Positions 1 through 9,557 of a stretch of 32,000 bases of DNA are shown piece after piece. Location of the stretch: the NCBI RefSeq assembly GCF_000092465.1, contig NC_014205.1, positions 240,001 to 272,000 of the forward strand, written 5' to 3'. The notes below the pieces were generated by a model that saw only the letters and a program-made list of their open reading frames with translations, made no database searches and was not told the origin of the DNA. Positions within the stretch are counted from its first letter, which is position 1. The number at the start of each line of letters is the position of its first letter. Position numbers and translations under genes: made by a program. Source of the DNA: Staphylothermus hellenicus DSM 12710. GTDB taxonomy: Archaea; Thermoproteota; Thermoprotei_A; Sulfolobales; Desulfurococcaceae.

Positions 1-1
1 A

Positions 2-187
2 CTACTAAGCAATGTAAAGAAGGAATATGAGGAAAAACTGAAGAAGCTCCAAGAAGAAATAAACAAGCTGAAAGCAGAAAATGAAAAGCTTAGATCAGAA
101 ATAGATGAGAAAAACCAAATAATAAACACTATAAAGGAGAAGCTTCCAGCTTTAAAGGAGCTTATCGAATATGTAGAGAAACTTTAA
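2..187 (+). CDS. 3' end of a coiled-coil protein (gene begins upstream of the window)
   Basis: The frame is open from the window edge to TAA at 185-187. The sequence is K/E/L-rich and heptad-like: ...KKEYEEKLKKLQEEINKLKAENEKLRSEIDEKNQIINTIKEKL... Confidence 0.4.
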   Translation, partial: LLSNVKKEYEEKLKKLQEEINKLKAENEKLRSEIDEKNQIINTIKEKLPALKELIEYVEKL

Positions 188-212
188 CTATAATTAATCA
201 TGTTTTTATTAT

Positions 213-572
213 CTAAGCATAATCATGTGGAACAATATCCATGTTCATAAACGCTTTTCCATTGGTCTCATAGATTTTTATCTGCACGCTTGAAACACCA
301 TCATATTTTAAAGTATTACTCTTAACTAAGCGTACCTCATACATATATCTGCTATTAATTCTGCCAACCATTTCATATGTGTATCCTCTATTAGCATCTG
401 AAATACTATTCGAAATGATCTTCTTTATCTTGTTAAATCCTAGATTACCTATACGTGCTGCTTCTACATTTCCCTTCCACAAAATATTCCTACTCCTAAC
501 TATGAATCTCTGCTTCACCATATCTTCGCCAACGAAATATGGTTGCTCAAGCATTATCTCCATACTTATCAC
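213..572 (-). CDS. hypothetical protein (119 aa)
   Basis: Longest ORF in this interval. I recognise no motif. The overlapping + strand ORF 379-636 looks like an antisense artefact. Confidence 0.4.
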   Translation of the reverse strand: MISMEIMLEQPYFVGEDMVKQRFIVRSRNILWKGNVEAARIGNLGFNKIKKIISNSISDANRGYTYEMVGRINSRYMYEVRLVKSNTLKYDGVSSVQIKIYETNGKAFMNMDIVPHDYA

Positions 573-760
573 CCTACTATATGTATTTTTATCATTTGTA
601 TATAGATTTAGATCGTTATATATATTTTTGGTATAGCAAATAATGTGTTAGCTCTATATACTAGAGTATATTATGAGTAAATACCGGTATTTTCCACTTT
701 TATATTTTTATTAATCAATTATTTGTTTGGAAAATAAAATCTGCGGGGAGAGCAAGTAGG

Positions 761-1066
761 ATGTCGATGGGATTTGCTGTAGCCGTCATTGATGATCAGG
801 GGAGAGTAATTGATTATAGTGCACCTATCAATATGAGTTTTGATACTTTACGTGAAGCGATTAGATTGGGATACGATGTTTTTAGAATGATTAATGTTAT
901 AGTTAGAGAAATTGGTTATGAAAAACCAAGAAATATCACGGTAAAAATGGATAATTATGAGATTACAGTATTTAGTCGGGGTTCGAAAATTGTAGTAGTT
1001 ATATTGAGCAATGAAGAAGCAGTTCCAGTAGCGGTGAATACTTCTAAAGCTACAATGGAGACTTAA
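761..1066 (+). CDS. small Roadblock/LC7 (MglB-like) domain protein, tentative
   Basis: 101 aa. The size and the alternating beta/alpha pattern (GFAVAVIDDQGRVI...ITVFSRGSKIVVVIL) resemble archaeal Roadblock/LC7 proteins. No diagnostic motif is present. Confidence 0.4.
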   Translation: MSMGFAVAVIDDQGRVIDYSAPINMSFDTLREAIRLGYDVFRMINVIVREIGYEKPRNITVKMDNYEITVFSRGSKIVVVILSNEEAVPVAVNTSKATMET

Positions 1067-1781
1067 ATAGTTTTTCATAATTATCATTAATTTTTAATAA
1101 AACATGCTCGACCTGGATATTTTTAACCTTTGCAATATATTCTACAGTTTCAATTACATAGTCAGGCCGCAGCTCTAAACCCTTATACTTGTATGGCGCA
1201 TCTGATTCAGTCAACATGTTTTCAAGAGATGCATACATGATTACTTTTCTATGCTTATCCTGTATTTTCCATGCTGGATTTATCCCTATATAATAGCCTG
1301 AACTAATAATTTCATCTAATAAGTTTAGGGGACCGGTATACCAGTGAAAATATGCTCTATTTATATCGTTTTTAACTAGTAACTCATATACTTCTCTCCA
1401 AGCACCTGCTGTGTGTAGGTTTAGGACTAGATCATATTCCTTAGCTGCCTTCAGGAAAATCTCGTATATTCTCAGCTGTCGATCATATGTTTTAGACACG
1501 AATCTCTTGTCTAATCCAACTTCCCCCAGACATTTAACATTATTTTTAACTGCTAATTCAACAATTTCTTTTGCATGTTTTTCACTATACTTGTGTGCTT
1601 CCCATGGATGAATACCTATACACGGCGTAATACCTAGTTTCTTCTTTAGTTCGAGGGTTTTCCAACTAGACACAGGATCATCTGATACACATACTAATGA
1701 AATGTTTTTTCCAATAAAACGGGATAGTTCTTCTACACTATATTCGTGGCAGTGACAATGCATATCAATGTATTTAATCAT
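1050..1781 (-). CDS. tatD: TatD-family metal-dependent hydrolase/DNase
   Basis: N-terminal IDMHCHCH (HxH metal motif). The later conserved H/E/D positions and the 243-aa length are typical of TatD amidohydrolase-fold proteins. Confidence 0.75.
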   Translation of the reverse strand: MIKYIDMHCHCHEYSVEELSRFIGKNISLVCVSDDPVSSWKTLELKKKLGITPCIGIHPWEAHKYSEKHAKEIVELAVKNNVKCLGEVGLDKRFVSKTYDRQLRIYEIFLKAAKEYDLVLNLHTAGAWREVYELLVKNDINRAYFHWYTGPLNLLDEIISSGYYIGINPAWKIQDKHRKVIMYASLENMLTESDAPYKYKGLELRPDYVIETVEYIAKVKNIQVEHVLLKINDNYEKLFKSPL

Positions 1782-1794
1782 GGGAAACCCTCCT

Positions 1795-2211
1795 CTACGA
1801 ACTCTTTACATATATGAAGTTATCTTGTATAAGGTCTTTATCACTTGGCATAATAAAGAACTTTTCAAACCCCGTATCCTTTTCCAGCTCTTGTATTATT
1901 TCTTTAACATAGCTAAGCTTATTTAATATAGTATCCGGAATAGAATAGGTGTCTTTCCTCGAAACATAATAGATATTCTCTATAATGGGTTGTAATACAT
2001 ATTTATCAACATAACATTTGATTTGCTCTCTATCCACGATCCATAATGATATTCTTTCCCCGCCCCATACGAATTCTTGGAAATCAATCCCATTACATAT
2101 GGCTCTGTATTTTGAAGGTGTAATGATTACTAGTGCTATGTTTTCTTCTTTAGAGATTTTATTAAGAACTATTTTTCCCGGCTTCTCAACTCTGTAAAAA
2201 ATATTTTTCAT
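1795..2211 (-). CDS. hypothetical protein (138 aa), probably co-transcribed with tatD
   Basis: Clean ORF ending 14 nt upstream of the tatD start. No recognisable motif. Confidence 0.45.
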   Translation of the reverse strand: MKNIFYRVEKPGKIVLNKISKEENIALVIITPSKYRAICNGIDFQEFVWGGERISLWIVDREQIKCYVDKYVLQPIIENIYYVSRKDTYSIPDTILNKLSYVKEIIQELEKDTGFEKFFIMPSDKDLIQDNFIYVKSS

Positions 2212-2303
2212 GTTGTATCAAGCCCCAAACATGTTTAAGATTCAGAGATATATAAATAATATTTATAGGAAACAATATATTCTGTGATGACAGGGTTTAG
2301 CAT

Positions 2304-2364
2304 AGATGATGAATTTGCCGATTACCGAGACAGTAGTCGATGCGGTTTCTCCCGAATACTGAAT
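2304..2364 (+). ncRNA. candidate C/D-box sRNA (weak C'/D' boxes)
   Basis: ATGATGA (2306-2312) + 12 nt + CCGA (2325-2328) ... GATG core (2339-2342) ... CTGA (2359-2362). The span is about 57 nt. A second GTGATGA lies at 2284-2290. The segment is locally GC-richer than its flanks. Confidence 0.3.
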
Positions 2365-2381
2365 ATTAAGGTGTAGAAGAA

Positions 2382-3065
2382 TTGGTGAGTATTAGAGCTG
2401 TATTATTGGATTATGATTTAACCTTAATGAATAACTTATTGGATTTCTATGATGCATACAATGAGGCTTTAAAGAAATTTGTTGGTAAAACATTGGGGTT
2501 TAACGAGTTTTATCGTTTATTGATAAATTATTCGTTACAAACATATATTCCGCCGGATGTTGACCAGTTAAGTTTTTGGAGATATTTTAGACAAGTATAT
2601 AGGACAAGATACGGTTACCCTATGGAGGGAGCTTATTATTTTCTATACTGGGTTAAAGCGCTTGGTTTGAAAACCATAATTATTTCTGGTAGAGAATGCC
2701 ATGAATCAAGTATATGGGAAGAGCTCAAGCGTTTCGGATTAGACGAATATATTGATAAAGTATATACAATGTTTAATACCTTTATCCTAGGAGGTGTTGA
2801 GGAAGAATTATTTGATAAAACCTGGCTAATAGGTTATGTTCTTAGTAGTTATGGGCTGGATGGAGACGAGGTTGTCTATATAGGAGATTATAGACAGGAT
2901 CTACTGAGTGCTCGGAGATCGGGAATAAGGTTTATTGGCATAGCTTTTAGCAAGGAAAGAAAGGAGTGTCTACAGAGACTGGGCGCTGAATATGTTGGGT
3001 CAAACCTATATGATGTAACATATTATCTATGGCGAATAATCGAGGAAATAGAATTTAAGAAATAA
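2382..3065 (+). CDS. HAD-superfamily hydrolase (phosphoglycolate phosphatase-like)
   Basis: Motif I LLDYDLTL (DxD), motif II IISGR, motif IV GDYRQD. 227 aa with a TTG start. Confidence 0.7.
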   Translation: MVSIRAVLLDYDLTLMNNLLDFYDAYNEALKKFVGKTLGFNEFYRLLINYSLQTYIPPDVDQLSFWRYFRQVYRTRYGYPMEGAYYFLYWVKALGLKTIIISGRECHESSIWEELKRFGLDEYIDKVYTMFNTFILGGVEEELFDKTWLIGYVLSSYGLDGDEVVYIGDYRQDLLSARRSGIRFIGIAFSKERKECLQRLGAEYVGSNLYDVTYYLWRIIEEIEFKK

Positions 3066-3090
3066 TGTTAATTGTTAGAAAAACCAGGCT

Positions 3091-3387
3091 TTAGAGTCCT
3101 GGAACAATAGAGTATCTACCATCATCATCCATAACGGCTAATCCGTCTTCTACAAGCGTTAATAGTGCTCGCCTTATTTTGTCTTCGCTTGCAATTCCTG
3201 ATAGTATTGTATGTATTTCTCTTAGATTCATGGGTTTTTCACTGATAAGCTCCTTTATGATCTCTATTAATTGGTCCTCGTTTGGAGCAGTCATTAATAC
3301 TACGTCATCGTCTTCGTGGAGTATTTTTAGTCTAACTTTCCTGGAAAAATACTTGATTTCATGTGGTGTTAGATTTATATTGCTCAT
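3091..3387 (-). CDS. small winged-helix-like protein (98 aa)
   Basis: The C-terminal half (MNLREIHTILSGIASEDKIRRALLTLVEDGLAVMDDDGRY) has a wHTH pattern. Function unknown. Confidence 0.45.
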   Translation of the reverse strand: MSNINLTPHEIKYFSRKVRLKILHEDDDVVLMTAPNEDQLIEIIKELISEKPMNLREIHTILSGIASEDKIRRALLTLVEDGLAVMDDDGRYSIVPGL

Positions 3388-3515
3388 GTTTTCGCCACCC
3401 TATGTGTTATATATCCATTTTATAGACCTTTAATCACAGGGTTATATAAGGGATTAGAACCGGATAACTTTTTTGGTCCGGCTACATGGTTTCAAAGCAT
3501 TGACAGGGCTGATCT

Positions 3516-4871
3516 TTGATGGTTGGAGATGTTGCAGTAATAATCTACTATGATCAAAGAGCTAAGTATAGTATACATGCTTTAACAGCCGCAATAGATC
3601 CCTTAAAAAATGTAGATGTCTACTTGGTCGAGAAAAAAAGCGGGTTCCTCGAGTTCGCCAGGAATATTTCTGGAAAATATAGGAAATGCATAATTGGACT
3701 AAGCATTCAAACAATAATGTTAGCTGATGATCCCTATCTAGACTTTATCATTAAACTAAATAAGCATAAAGGAAAGTGCATCTCAATAGCTGGAGGCCCC
3801 CATCCTTCAGGAGATCCTATTGGGACAGTGAAGAGTCTGGGTTTCGACTATGCATTTATTGGAGAAAGCGAGAAAACTATTCAGGATTTTGTATACGCAG
3901 TTATTAACGGTGATGACCTGTTAAATGTGAAGGGATTGTTTACTATAGTAGATGATAAACCAGTCTATACCGGGAAACAGAAGCCTATTAGACTAGATGA
4001 TTATCCCCCGTTTCCTTATTGGAGACCATTGTTTAATCCTATCGAGATAAGCCGTGGATGCCCCTATGGCTGTAAATATTGTCAAGTAAGCTATATGCAT
4101 GGATTCTTCATGAGACATAGAAGTATAGATAACATTGTAGAATATACTGGTTGCATGGTTGAAAAAAATATTAGAGATATCAGGTTTATTTCTCCAGATT
4201 CTCTCGCATATGGATTAAAAACTATGAGTAGAGAGCCGAGACTAGATTTAATAGAAGAACTATTATCTAGGCTTTATAAGAAATACGTGGAGAGGAAGGG
4301 GGCTAGAATATTTTATGGATCATTTCCCAGCGAGGTTAGACCAGAGCACCTAACCAGAGATGCTGCAAGGATCCTTAGAAAATACGTGGCTAATAAAAAC
4401 ATTATTCTCGGAGCCCAAACGGGGAGTGATAGGTTGTTAAAACTTATCGGTAGAAAACACAGTATTGAAGACGTATACAATGCTGTTGAGAACGCGGTAA
4501 AATATGGTTTCATACCCAATGTAGACTATATAATTGGATTACCTGGTGAAACACGTGATGACTTATATGAAACTATTCGTTCAATAAAGAAACTAGTATC
4601 TATGGGTGCAAGAATACATTTACACGTATTCCTACCATTGCCGGGTTCACCATATGCATGGATGCCTCCGGGAAAAGTGCCTAGTTGGGTGAGGAAGGAG
4701 TTAATGAAACTAATAGGAGCTGGAAAAGCATATGGTCAATGGATCCACCAGGAAAAACTTGCTTTAAAAATTGATATGTTGAGAAGGAGAGGAATAATTA
4801 TGCCAAGAATAAAAGCCGGATCCATGCAGCGCCCGGTCTCAACACATCTACACTATTCAGTTCCGCCATAA
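3516..4871 (+). CDS. B12-binding-domain/radical SAM protein
   Basis: CPYGCKYC (CxxxCxxC) radical-SAM cluster motif after an N-terminal Rossmann-like (B12-binding type) domain. 451 aa. The start is TTG 3516 or ATG 3519. Confidence 0.8.
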   Translation: MMVGDVAVIIYYDQRAKYSIHALTAAIDPLKNVDVYLVEKKSGFLEFARNISGKYRKCIIGLSIQTIMLADDPYLDFIIKLNKHKGKCISIAGGPHPSGDPIGTVKSLGFDYAFIGESEKTIQDFVYAVINGDDLLNVKGLFTIVDDKPVYTGKQKPIRLDDYPPFPYWRPLFNPIEISRGCPYGCKYCQVSYMHGFFMRHRSIDNIVEYTGCMVEKNIRDIRFISPDSLAYGLKTMSREPRLDLIEELLSRLYKKYVERKGARIFYGSFPSEVRPEHLTRDAARILRKYVANKNIILGAQTGSDRLLKLIGRKHSIEDVYNAVENAVKYGFIPNVDYIIGLPGETRDDLYETIRSIKKLVSMGARIHLHVFLPLPGSPYAWMPPGKVPSWVRKELMKLIGAGKAYGQWIHQEKLALKIDMLRRRGIIMPRIKAGSMQRPVSTHLHYSVPP

Positions 4872-4963
4872 AATCACATCATCTCCGGCTATGCAATACA
4901 CATATATAATATACTACTACCTGAATAATATTTTCCTAGAACAAAACGTGTAGAGGGAAATAT

Positions 4964-5296
4964 ATGAGCGAGAATAATGAAGTTATAAATAAAATACTAA
5001 AGATCCTCCAGGAATCCAGGGAGGGAGTCATTATACCAATATATGTTAAGCCTAATTCTGATAGGGACGCATTAGTACTTGAGGGAGACGAGCTTGTCTT
5101 TTATACTACAGAAATCCCTGAGAAGGGGCGTGCAAACGCTGCTCTAATAAGGTTTCTATCAAGAAATATTAGATTACCACATAACAAGATAGATATAATA
5201 TATGGTGCTAGAACGAGATCTAAGAAGGTCCTTGTTAGAGATATGGAAGCTGAGAAATTAGCGGAGAAACTTGCAGAGATTATTTCTTCTCAATAA
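4964..5296 (+). CDS. DUF167/YggU-family protein
   Basis: 110 aa. The GRANAALIRFLS...KKVLV pattern is typical of the UPF0235/DUF167 family. Confidence 0.65.
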   Translation: MSENNEVINKILKILQESREGVIIPIYVKPNSDRDALVLEGDELVFYTTEIPEKGRANAALIRFLSRNIRLPHNKIDIIYGARTRSKKVLVRDMEAEKLAEKLAEIISSQ

Positions 5297-5657
5297 TAAT
5301 GAAAGCTGGAGGAGAAATTCTCTCACTCTTACATCTAGGACACCTACTAGGTTTGCGAGGTTTTTTCAAATCCTTAAATACATATCCACACTTTAAACAT
5401 CGAGGAGGGATCATTACAAGCTCCATTCTATTATCGGTTCTCCTCCTAATAGTTTTAGCAATATGTTCTAATGCATCATATACTAGTCTATGATCTCTGG
5501 GTGATAATCCTAGATATGCTATGATCTCGTCAACAGTTAACGGTTTATCTGTTTTCATCAATAAATCCATTATTTTCTCTCTCAACGTTAAGAATTCGTC
5601 TTGACTCAATGCTTTAGCACCATATATAATCACTATGTTTTTAATCTTATAAGACAT
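5280..5657 (-). CDS. HTH transcriptional regulator fused to a C-terminal zinc ribbon
   Basis: wHTH segment (LTVDEIIAYLGLSPRDHRLVYDALEHI) followed by CLKCG...CPRCKS (CxxC-N-CxxC). Confidence 0.6.
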   Translation of the reverse strand: MSYKIKNIVIIYGAKALSQDEFLTLREKIMDLLMKTDKPLTVDEIIAYLGLSPRDHRLVYDALEHIAKTIRRRTDNRMELVMIPPRCLKCGYVFKDLKKPRKPSRCPRCKSERISPPAFIIIEKK

Positions 5658-5674
5658 GTAAATTAACTGATTGG

Positions 5675-6937
5675 GTGATGTTTATTACAGGCGGAAAAGC
5701 CTCCTATCCAGATATAGAAAGCATTTATAAGTTAAGCTTAGAAGCCCGTGAAGCAATACAGGAATTCATACATAAAACGCCCCTAGTATACAATTATACA
5801 ATATCCAATATTGTAGGCTACGATACGTATTTAAAACTTGAGAACATGCAGAAAACAGGAAGCTTCAAGGTTAGAGGAGCAGTTTTCAGAACATATACGT
5901 TGATCAAGGAATATGAGGGCAGAGGAGAAAAGCTTCCCGGAGTAGTTGCTGCAAGTAGTGGTAACCATGCACAAGGAGTAGCATATGCTGCTAAAGTATT
6001 TGGTATACCGGCAATCATTGTTATGCCTAAAACAGCTTCTTCTACAAAAATTAACGCTACTAAGAGCTATGGTGCAAAAGTAGTTTTACACGGTGAAATA
6101 TATGATGAAGCATATGAGAAAGCCATGGAGATAAGTAGGGAGAAAGGCTACGTATTTATTCATCCATATGATGACCCATATATTATAGCTGGCCAAGCAA
6201 CAATTGGGCATGAAATAATAGATGAGCTAAAGAAGCCTGGAGTAGTGCTGGTTCCTATTGGAGGCGGTGGATTAATATCGGGTATAGCAGTAGCTGTGAA
6301 GAAGAGAAGCCCCAGCACCAAGATCATAGGTGTTCAGCCAGTTAATGCATCAGCAATGCTTCACCTAATCCAGGGTAGAATTGAAGGATACAGGCCAAAG
6401 CCAAGTATTGCTGATGGAGTAGTAGTTAAGAAACCAGGCGATCTAACCAGCAGGATCGTTCGAGAACTAGTTGATGACATAGTAGTTGTTGATGAAGAAG
6501 ATATATCTTATGCAATAAACTTCTTGCTTGAAAGAGCTAAAATAGTTGCTGAGGGTGCAGGAGCCCTCTCAGTAGCTGCTCTACTATCTCGTCAATACTC
6601 GCCTATACGGGGACCTGTTGTCGCAGTTATCAGCGGTGGAAACATTGATCCAGCGCTTCTCTCGAGGATAATAATGCATGAACTAGCCAAAGATAAAAGA
6701 CTACTATCAATTACTGGTGAATTATGGGATAAACCTGGAGAGTTAGGTAAAGTAATAAGTGTGTTAGCCAAATATGATCTCAACATTGTTGATATAAGAC
6801 ATGATAGGTGGGATCCAAAGCTTCTACCATCAAAGGCAAAACTAGAAATAGTATTTGAAGCTAAAACATCGGAAGATGTAAAACTTGCTTTAGCAGAGCT
6901 AGAGAGGATTGGGTATAGGTTTAAGGTTAAAGAATAA
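5675..6937 (+). CDS. ilvA: threonine ammonia-lyase (threonine dehydratase), PLP-dependent, with C-terminal ACT-like domain
   Basis: SFKVRGA PLP-lysine motif, SSGNHAQG, GGGGLISG glycine loop, and a C-terminal regulatory domain of about 80 aa. Confidence 0.85.
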   Translation: MMFITGGKASYPDIESIYKLSLEAREAIQEFIHKTPLVYNYTISNIVGYDTYLKLENMQKTGSFKVRGAVFRTYTLIKEYEGRGEKLPGVVAASSGNHAQGVAYAAKVFGIPAIIVMPKTASSTKINATKSYGAKVVLHGEIYDEAYEKAMEISREKGYVFIHPYDDPYIIAGQATIGHEIIDELKKPGVVLVPIGGGGLISGIAVAVKKRSPSTKIIGVQPVNASAMLHLIQGRIEGYRPKPSIADGVVVKKPGDLTSRIVRELVDDIVVVDEEDISYAINFLLERAKIVAEGAGALSVAALLSRQYSPIRGPVVAVISGGNIDPALLSRIIMHELAKDKRLLSITGELWDKPGELGKVISVLAKYDLNIVDIRHDRWDPKLLPSKAKLEIVFEAKTSEDVKLALAELERIGYRFKVKE

Positions 6938-7604
6938 GTGATTTTTTACTATAGTAGTTCTCAATAATCTTCAATGTATCCAGTAGGTTTTTAACAGAAT
7001 AATCTGCTTCACTACATGCATCGCCGCATGGTTCGATAGCAATTGATAATCCTACCTCTTTGAAAACAGGAATATCCCATACACTATCACCAACATATGT
7101 TACTAGATCCATTGTTAAACCATATTGTTCAGCTAATTGCTTAATAATTCTAGCTTTTTCCTTTAATGGAACATATGGTTTTCCACCAGGTATTAATTCA
7201 TCATCTATAAACAATAATTCATTATATAAGCAGAAATCACTGCCTAACTCTTTACATGCTTGTTTAACTAGAACATCTACACCGCTACTAACAATACCGA
7301 CAGTAAATCCCATATCTTTAAGTTTTTGAAAAACTTGCTTAGCTTCCGGCACTATTTTTATTTGGCTAAGTGCTTCTATAACTTCTCTTCTATGTATAGG
7401 TTTACCATGGCTGTGGATCATTAATGCTATATCTATTTTCATCCAGTCCAGATAACTTATCAAATCTCTCCTATACAGTTCGGCAAAGTATCTATTATCT
7501 TTACTGCCAAAATACTCATGTAATAAAGCCCAGCTACTATAATGATTTGTTAATACACCGTCACAATCGAAAACTATTAATCCTAAATAATTATTTTTCC
7601 TTAT
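6927..7604 (-). CDS. HAD-superfamily phosphatase (phosphoserine-phosphatase-like). The 5' end is extended beyond the ORF-track start.
   Basis: Motif IV GDSVWD and motif II VSSG lie in the tracked ORF. The catalytic motif I (LIVFDCDGVL) is encoded in the same frame at 7560-7583, upstream of the first canonical start (TTG 7463). An in-frame ATA at 7602-7604 follows GGGTGG. Confidence 0.65.
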   Translation of the reverse strand: MRKNNYLGLIVFDCDGVLTNHYSSWALLHEYFGSKDNRYFAELYRRDLISYLDWMKIDIALMIHSHGKPIHRREVIEALSQIKIVPEAKQVFQKLKDMGFTVGIVSSGVDVLVKQACKELGSDFCLYNELLFIDDELIPGGKPYVPLKEKARIIKQLAEQYGLTMDLVTYVGDSVWDIPVFKEVGLSIAIEPCGDACSEADYSVKNLLDTLKIIENYYSKKSLIL

Positions 7605-8223
7605 TCTCAGCCACCCTTCTTGGTTCTTCTAGATTTAGTATTTCAGAGGCTTTTTTGAGTATTTCTTCTAGTTTTTCTGGCTTGATCTTAGTAGTTATAC
7701 TAATTATTGTTTCCAAGTTCGCTTCATATGGTTTAATCACAATTGATCCTTTATTAGGTATGCTTAGAACTATATCGTTGTCCCTAGTCTTAATGTCAGC
7801 TTTGATCTTTAATTCTTTGAGAATATTTTCAATTTTCAAAGCAAGATCTTTTAGACTAGTATGAGATACTATTGCTGCTCCTTTCTCGCTTTCCCTTATT
7901 TTCTCCAGAACCGTATCTATTGCTTTAACCACATTTGGAAGCTCACTATATGCTTTTTTAGCTTCAACCAAGATCTCCTCGAGGACTTTTATAGCATTAG
8001 CTGCTTTAAAACTGCTGATTAACAAGTTAAAATCATCGCTTAAAAGATAATTTGCTAGATTTTCGGGATTTCCTCCAAAACTGCTGAATTCATATTTTGG
8101 CTCAGCCTTGGAGATCTCCTTTCTAACCTCATCCAGGTGCCCAGCAAGTTCTCTATACTTATGGGATAATTCAGATAGTTTCGTGTTAACTATGTGTCTG
8201 AGAAAATCAGGGTATCGCACCAT
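7591..8223 (-). CDS. hypothetical alpha-helical/coiled-coil protein (210 aa)
   Basis: Clean ORF with E/K/L-rich helical repeats. Its stop overlaps the 5' end of the HAD gene. Confidence 0.5.
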   Translation of the reverse strand: MVRYPDFLRHIVNTKLSELSHKYRELAGHLDEVRKEISKAEPKYEFSSFGGNPENLANYLLSDDFNLLISSFKAANAIKVLEEILVEAKKAYSELPNVVKAIDTVLEKIRESEKGAAIVSHTSLKDLALKIENILKELKIKADIKTRDNDIVLSIPNKGSIVIKPYEANLETIISITTKIKPEKLEEILKKASEILNLEEPRRVAENKEK

Positions 8224-8353
8224 ATTTCATCCTCCCTATTAATCCTTAATCTAATTATTTTCTATATAGGGAAAATATTATAAGGCATTCATATGTTATA
8301 ATAACTGTAACCTATTAACTAGTAGAATATGCTGTATAGAAAGGGATGAGTTC

Positions 8354-8659
8354 GTGGCTAGGCATAAAGCAAGAAAACATAAATGGAACCCATATACAAG
8401 CGAGGTCCAACGCTTCAGTGTTTATCCTAGAATACAAACACCAAGAGAGGAATCAGTTAGGGTCGGGGAAACATTTACTGTTCCTATAAACGATGTCGAT
8501 GAGAAAGGTAGAGGGATAACATCTTACAGAGGTAAAAGGATCATAGTATATAATGCGAGTTTAGGATCCAAAGTTAGAGTTAAAGCAGTAAAAGTAGTTG
8601 GCGACACAATATATGCACAAATAATTAAAACACTTAGTGAAGCGGATACAGAGTATTAG
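8354..8659 (+). CDS. TRAM-domain RNA-binding protein
   Basis: VGETFTVPINDVDEKGRGITSYRGKRIIVYNASLGSKVRVKAVKV matches the TRAM beta-barrel pattern. GTG start. Confidence 0.65.
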   Translation: MARHKARKHKWNPYTSEVQRFSVYPRIQTPREESVRVGETFTVPINDVDEKGRGITSYRGKRIIVYNASLGSKVRVKAVKVVGDTIYAQIIKTLSEADTEY

Positions 8660-8682
8660 GGGAAAAACCTAGTATTTGATGT

Positions 8683-9042
8683 GTGATTGTTTTGGAAAAC
8701 AATGTTGTTCTTGATCTCCTAAGATTTCTTGGCCCCGAAAAAGCGAATCAGCTATTTATAGGTGAACCTATTAAGGGGAGAGATAGCTGGCGATTACTAG
8801 ACCATATTCGCAGTAAATATAGATATGAGAATCTCTACGAGGATGAAAGCGAGGAAACGGAATGCTATATAGTCATAGTGAGGTTTAGCAACAAATATAT
8901 TTACTCGTTGATAAAGGAGGGAAATGAGAGTAAGGGGTATCTATTAGAAATACTGAGTCCAAGCGACGTAACAACTACTATTAGGTTAGCGAAGGAAGAA
9001 TTCATGAAATGCATTAATAAATTAGAAAGCAGTAAAAAATAG
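8683..9042 (+). CDS. hypothetical protein (119 aa)
   Basis: ORF only; no motif recognised. Confidence 0.4.
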   Translation: MIVLENNVVLDLLRFLGPEKANQLFIGEPIKGRDSWRLLDHIRSKYRYENLYEDESEETECYIVIVRFSNKYIYSLIKEGNESKGYLLEILSPSDVTTTIRLAKEEFMKCINKLESSKK

Positions 9043-9062
9043 TTTTCACCAACATAAACTAC

Positions 9063-9557
9063 TCATTTTTTATAGCCAATTTTTCTTAAGAATTCATGTC
9101 TCTCCCTACGATCATCGTCTCCTTCTACTCCTAGAGGAGTATATCCATCCACTACTCCAATAACAGCCCTTCCCTGATCAGTTTCCGCCACAATAACCTG
9201 GACAGGATTAGCTGTAGCTACATATATGTTGACAACTTCTTGGACATGTTTCAACGTATTCAATATATTTATTGGCCAAGCATTCTTAATATACAATACA
9301 AATACGTGGCCAGCACCAATCTTTAAAGCAGAATCAATAGCATGTTTCTTTAAGTCCTCATCATTGGCTTCCCACCTAATCAATCTCTTACCACTAGCCT
9401 CGATAAATGCTAAACCAAACTTTATTCCAGGAACACTTGTTGCGAGGGCTTCATATATATCCTCTACAGTCTTAATAAAATGGCTTCTACCAATAATTAT
9501 GTTTGTACCCTTAGGAACCGGAATATCGAGGACATGGATTTTAATATTCGAATTCAT
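9063..9557 (-). CDS. adenosine-specific-kinase-like (DUF355/PF04008-type) protein, tentative
   Basis: 164 aa. The overall pattern ([16 protein letters not shown]...GAGHVFV...VVDG) resembles this small archaeal family. The assignment is from memory, not from a search. Confidence 0.5.
   Translation of the reverse strand: MNSNIKIHVLDIPVPKGTNIIIGRSHFIKTVEDIYEALATSVPGIKFGLAFIEASGKRLIRWEANDEDLKKHAIDSALKIGAGHVFVLYIKNAWPINILNTLKHVQEVVNIYVATANPVQVIVAETDQGRAVIGVVDGYTPLGVEGDDDRRERHEFLRKIGYKK

Noticed and set aside
7424-7864. Tracked 146-aa + strand ORF, plus similar antisense ORFs (379-636, 848-1087, 1411-1611, 3179-3433, 4313-4519, 5299-5493, 5818-6018, 6592-6786, 7060-7329, 9226-9573, 9686-10018, 10112-10366, 10504-10767, 10831-11013, 12390-12947, 14834-15135, 15749-15961, 16763-16951, 20047-20409, 21681-22097, 24399-24770, 27044-27361, 27837-28046, 28406-28588, 30269-30463, 31408-31746, 31488-31676)
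   Set aside because: All lie antisense to, or nested in, ORFs with clear family motifs. They have low-complexity S/L/F/I-rich translations typical of shadow ORFs in AT-rich DNA.
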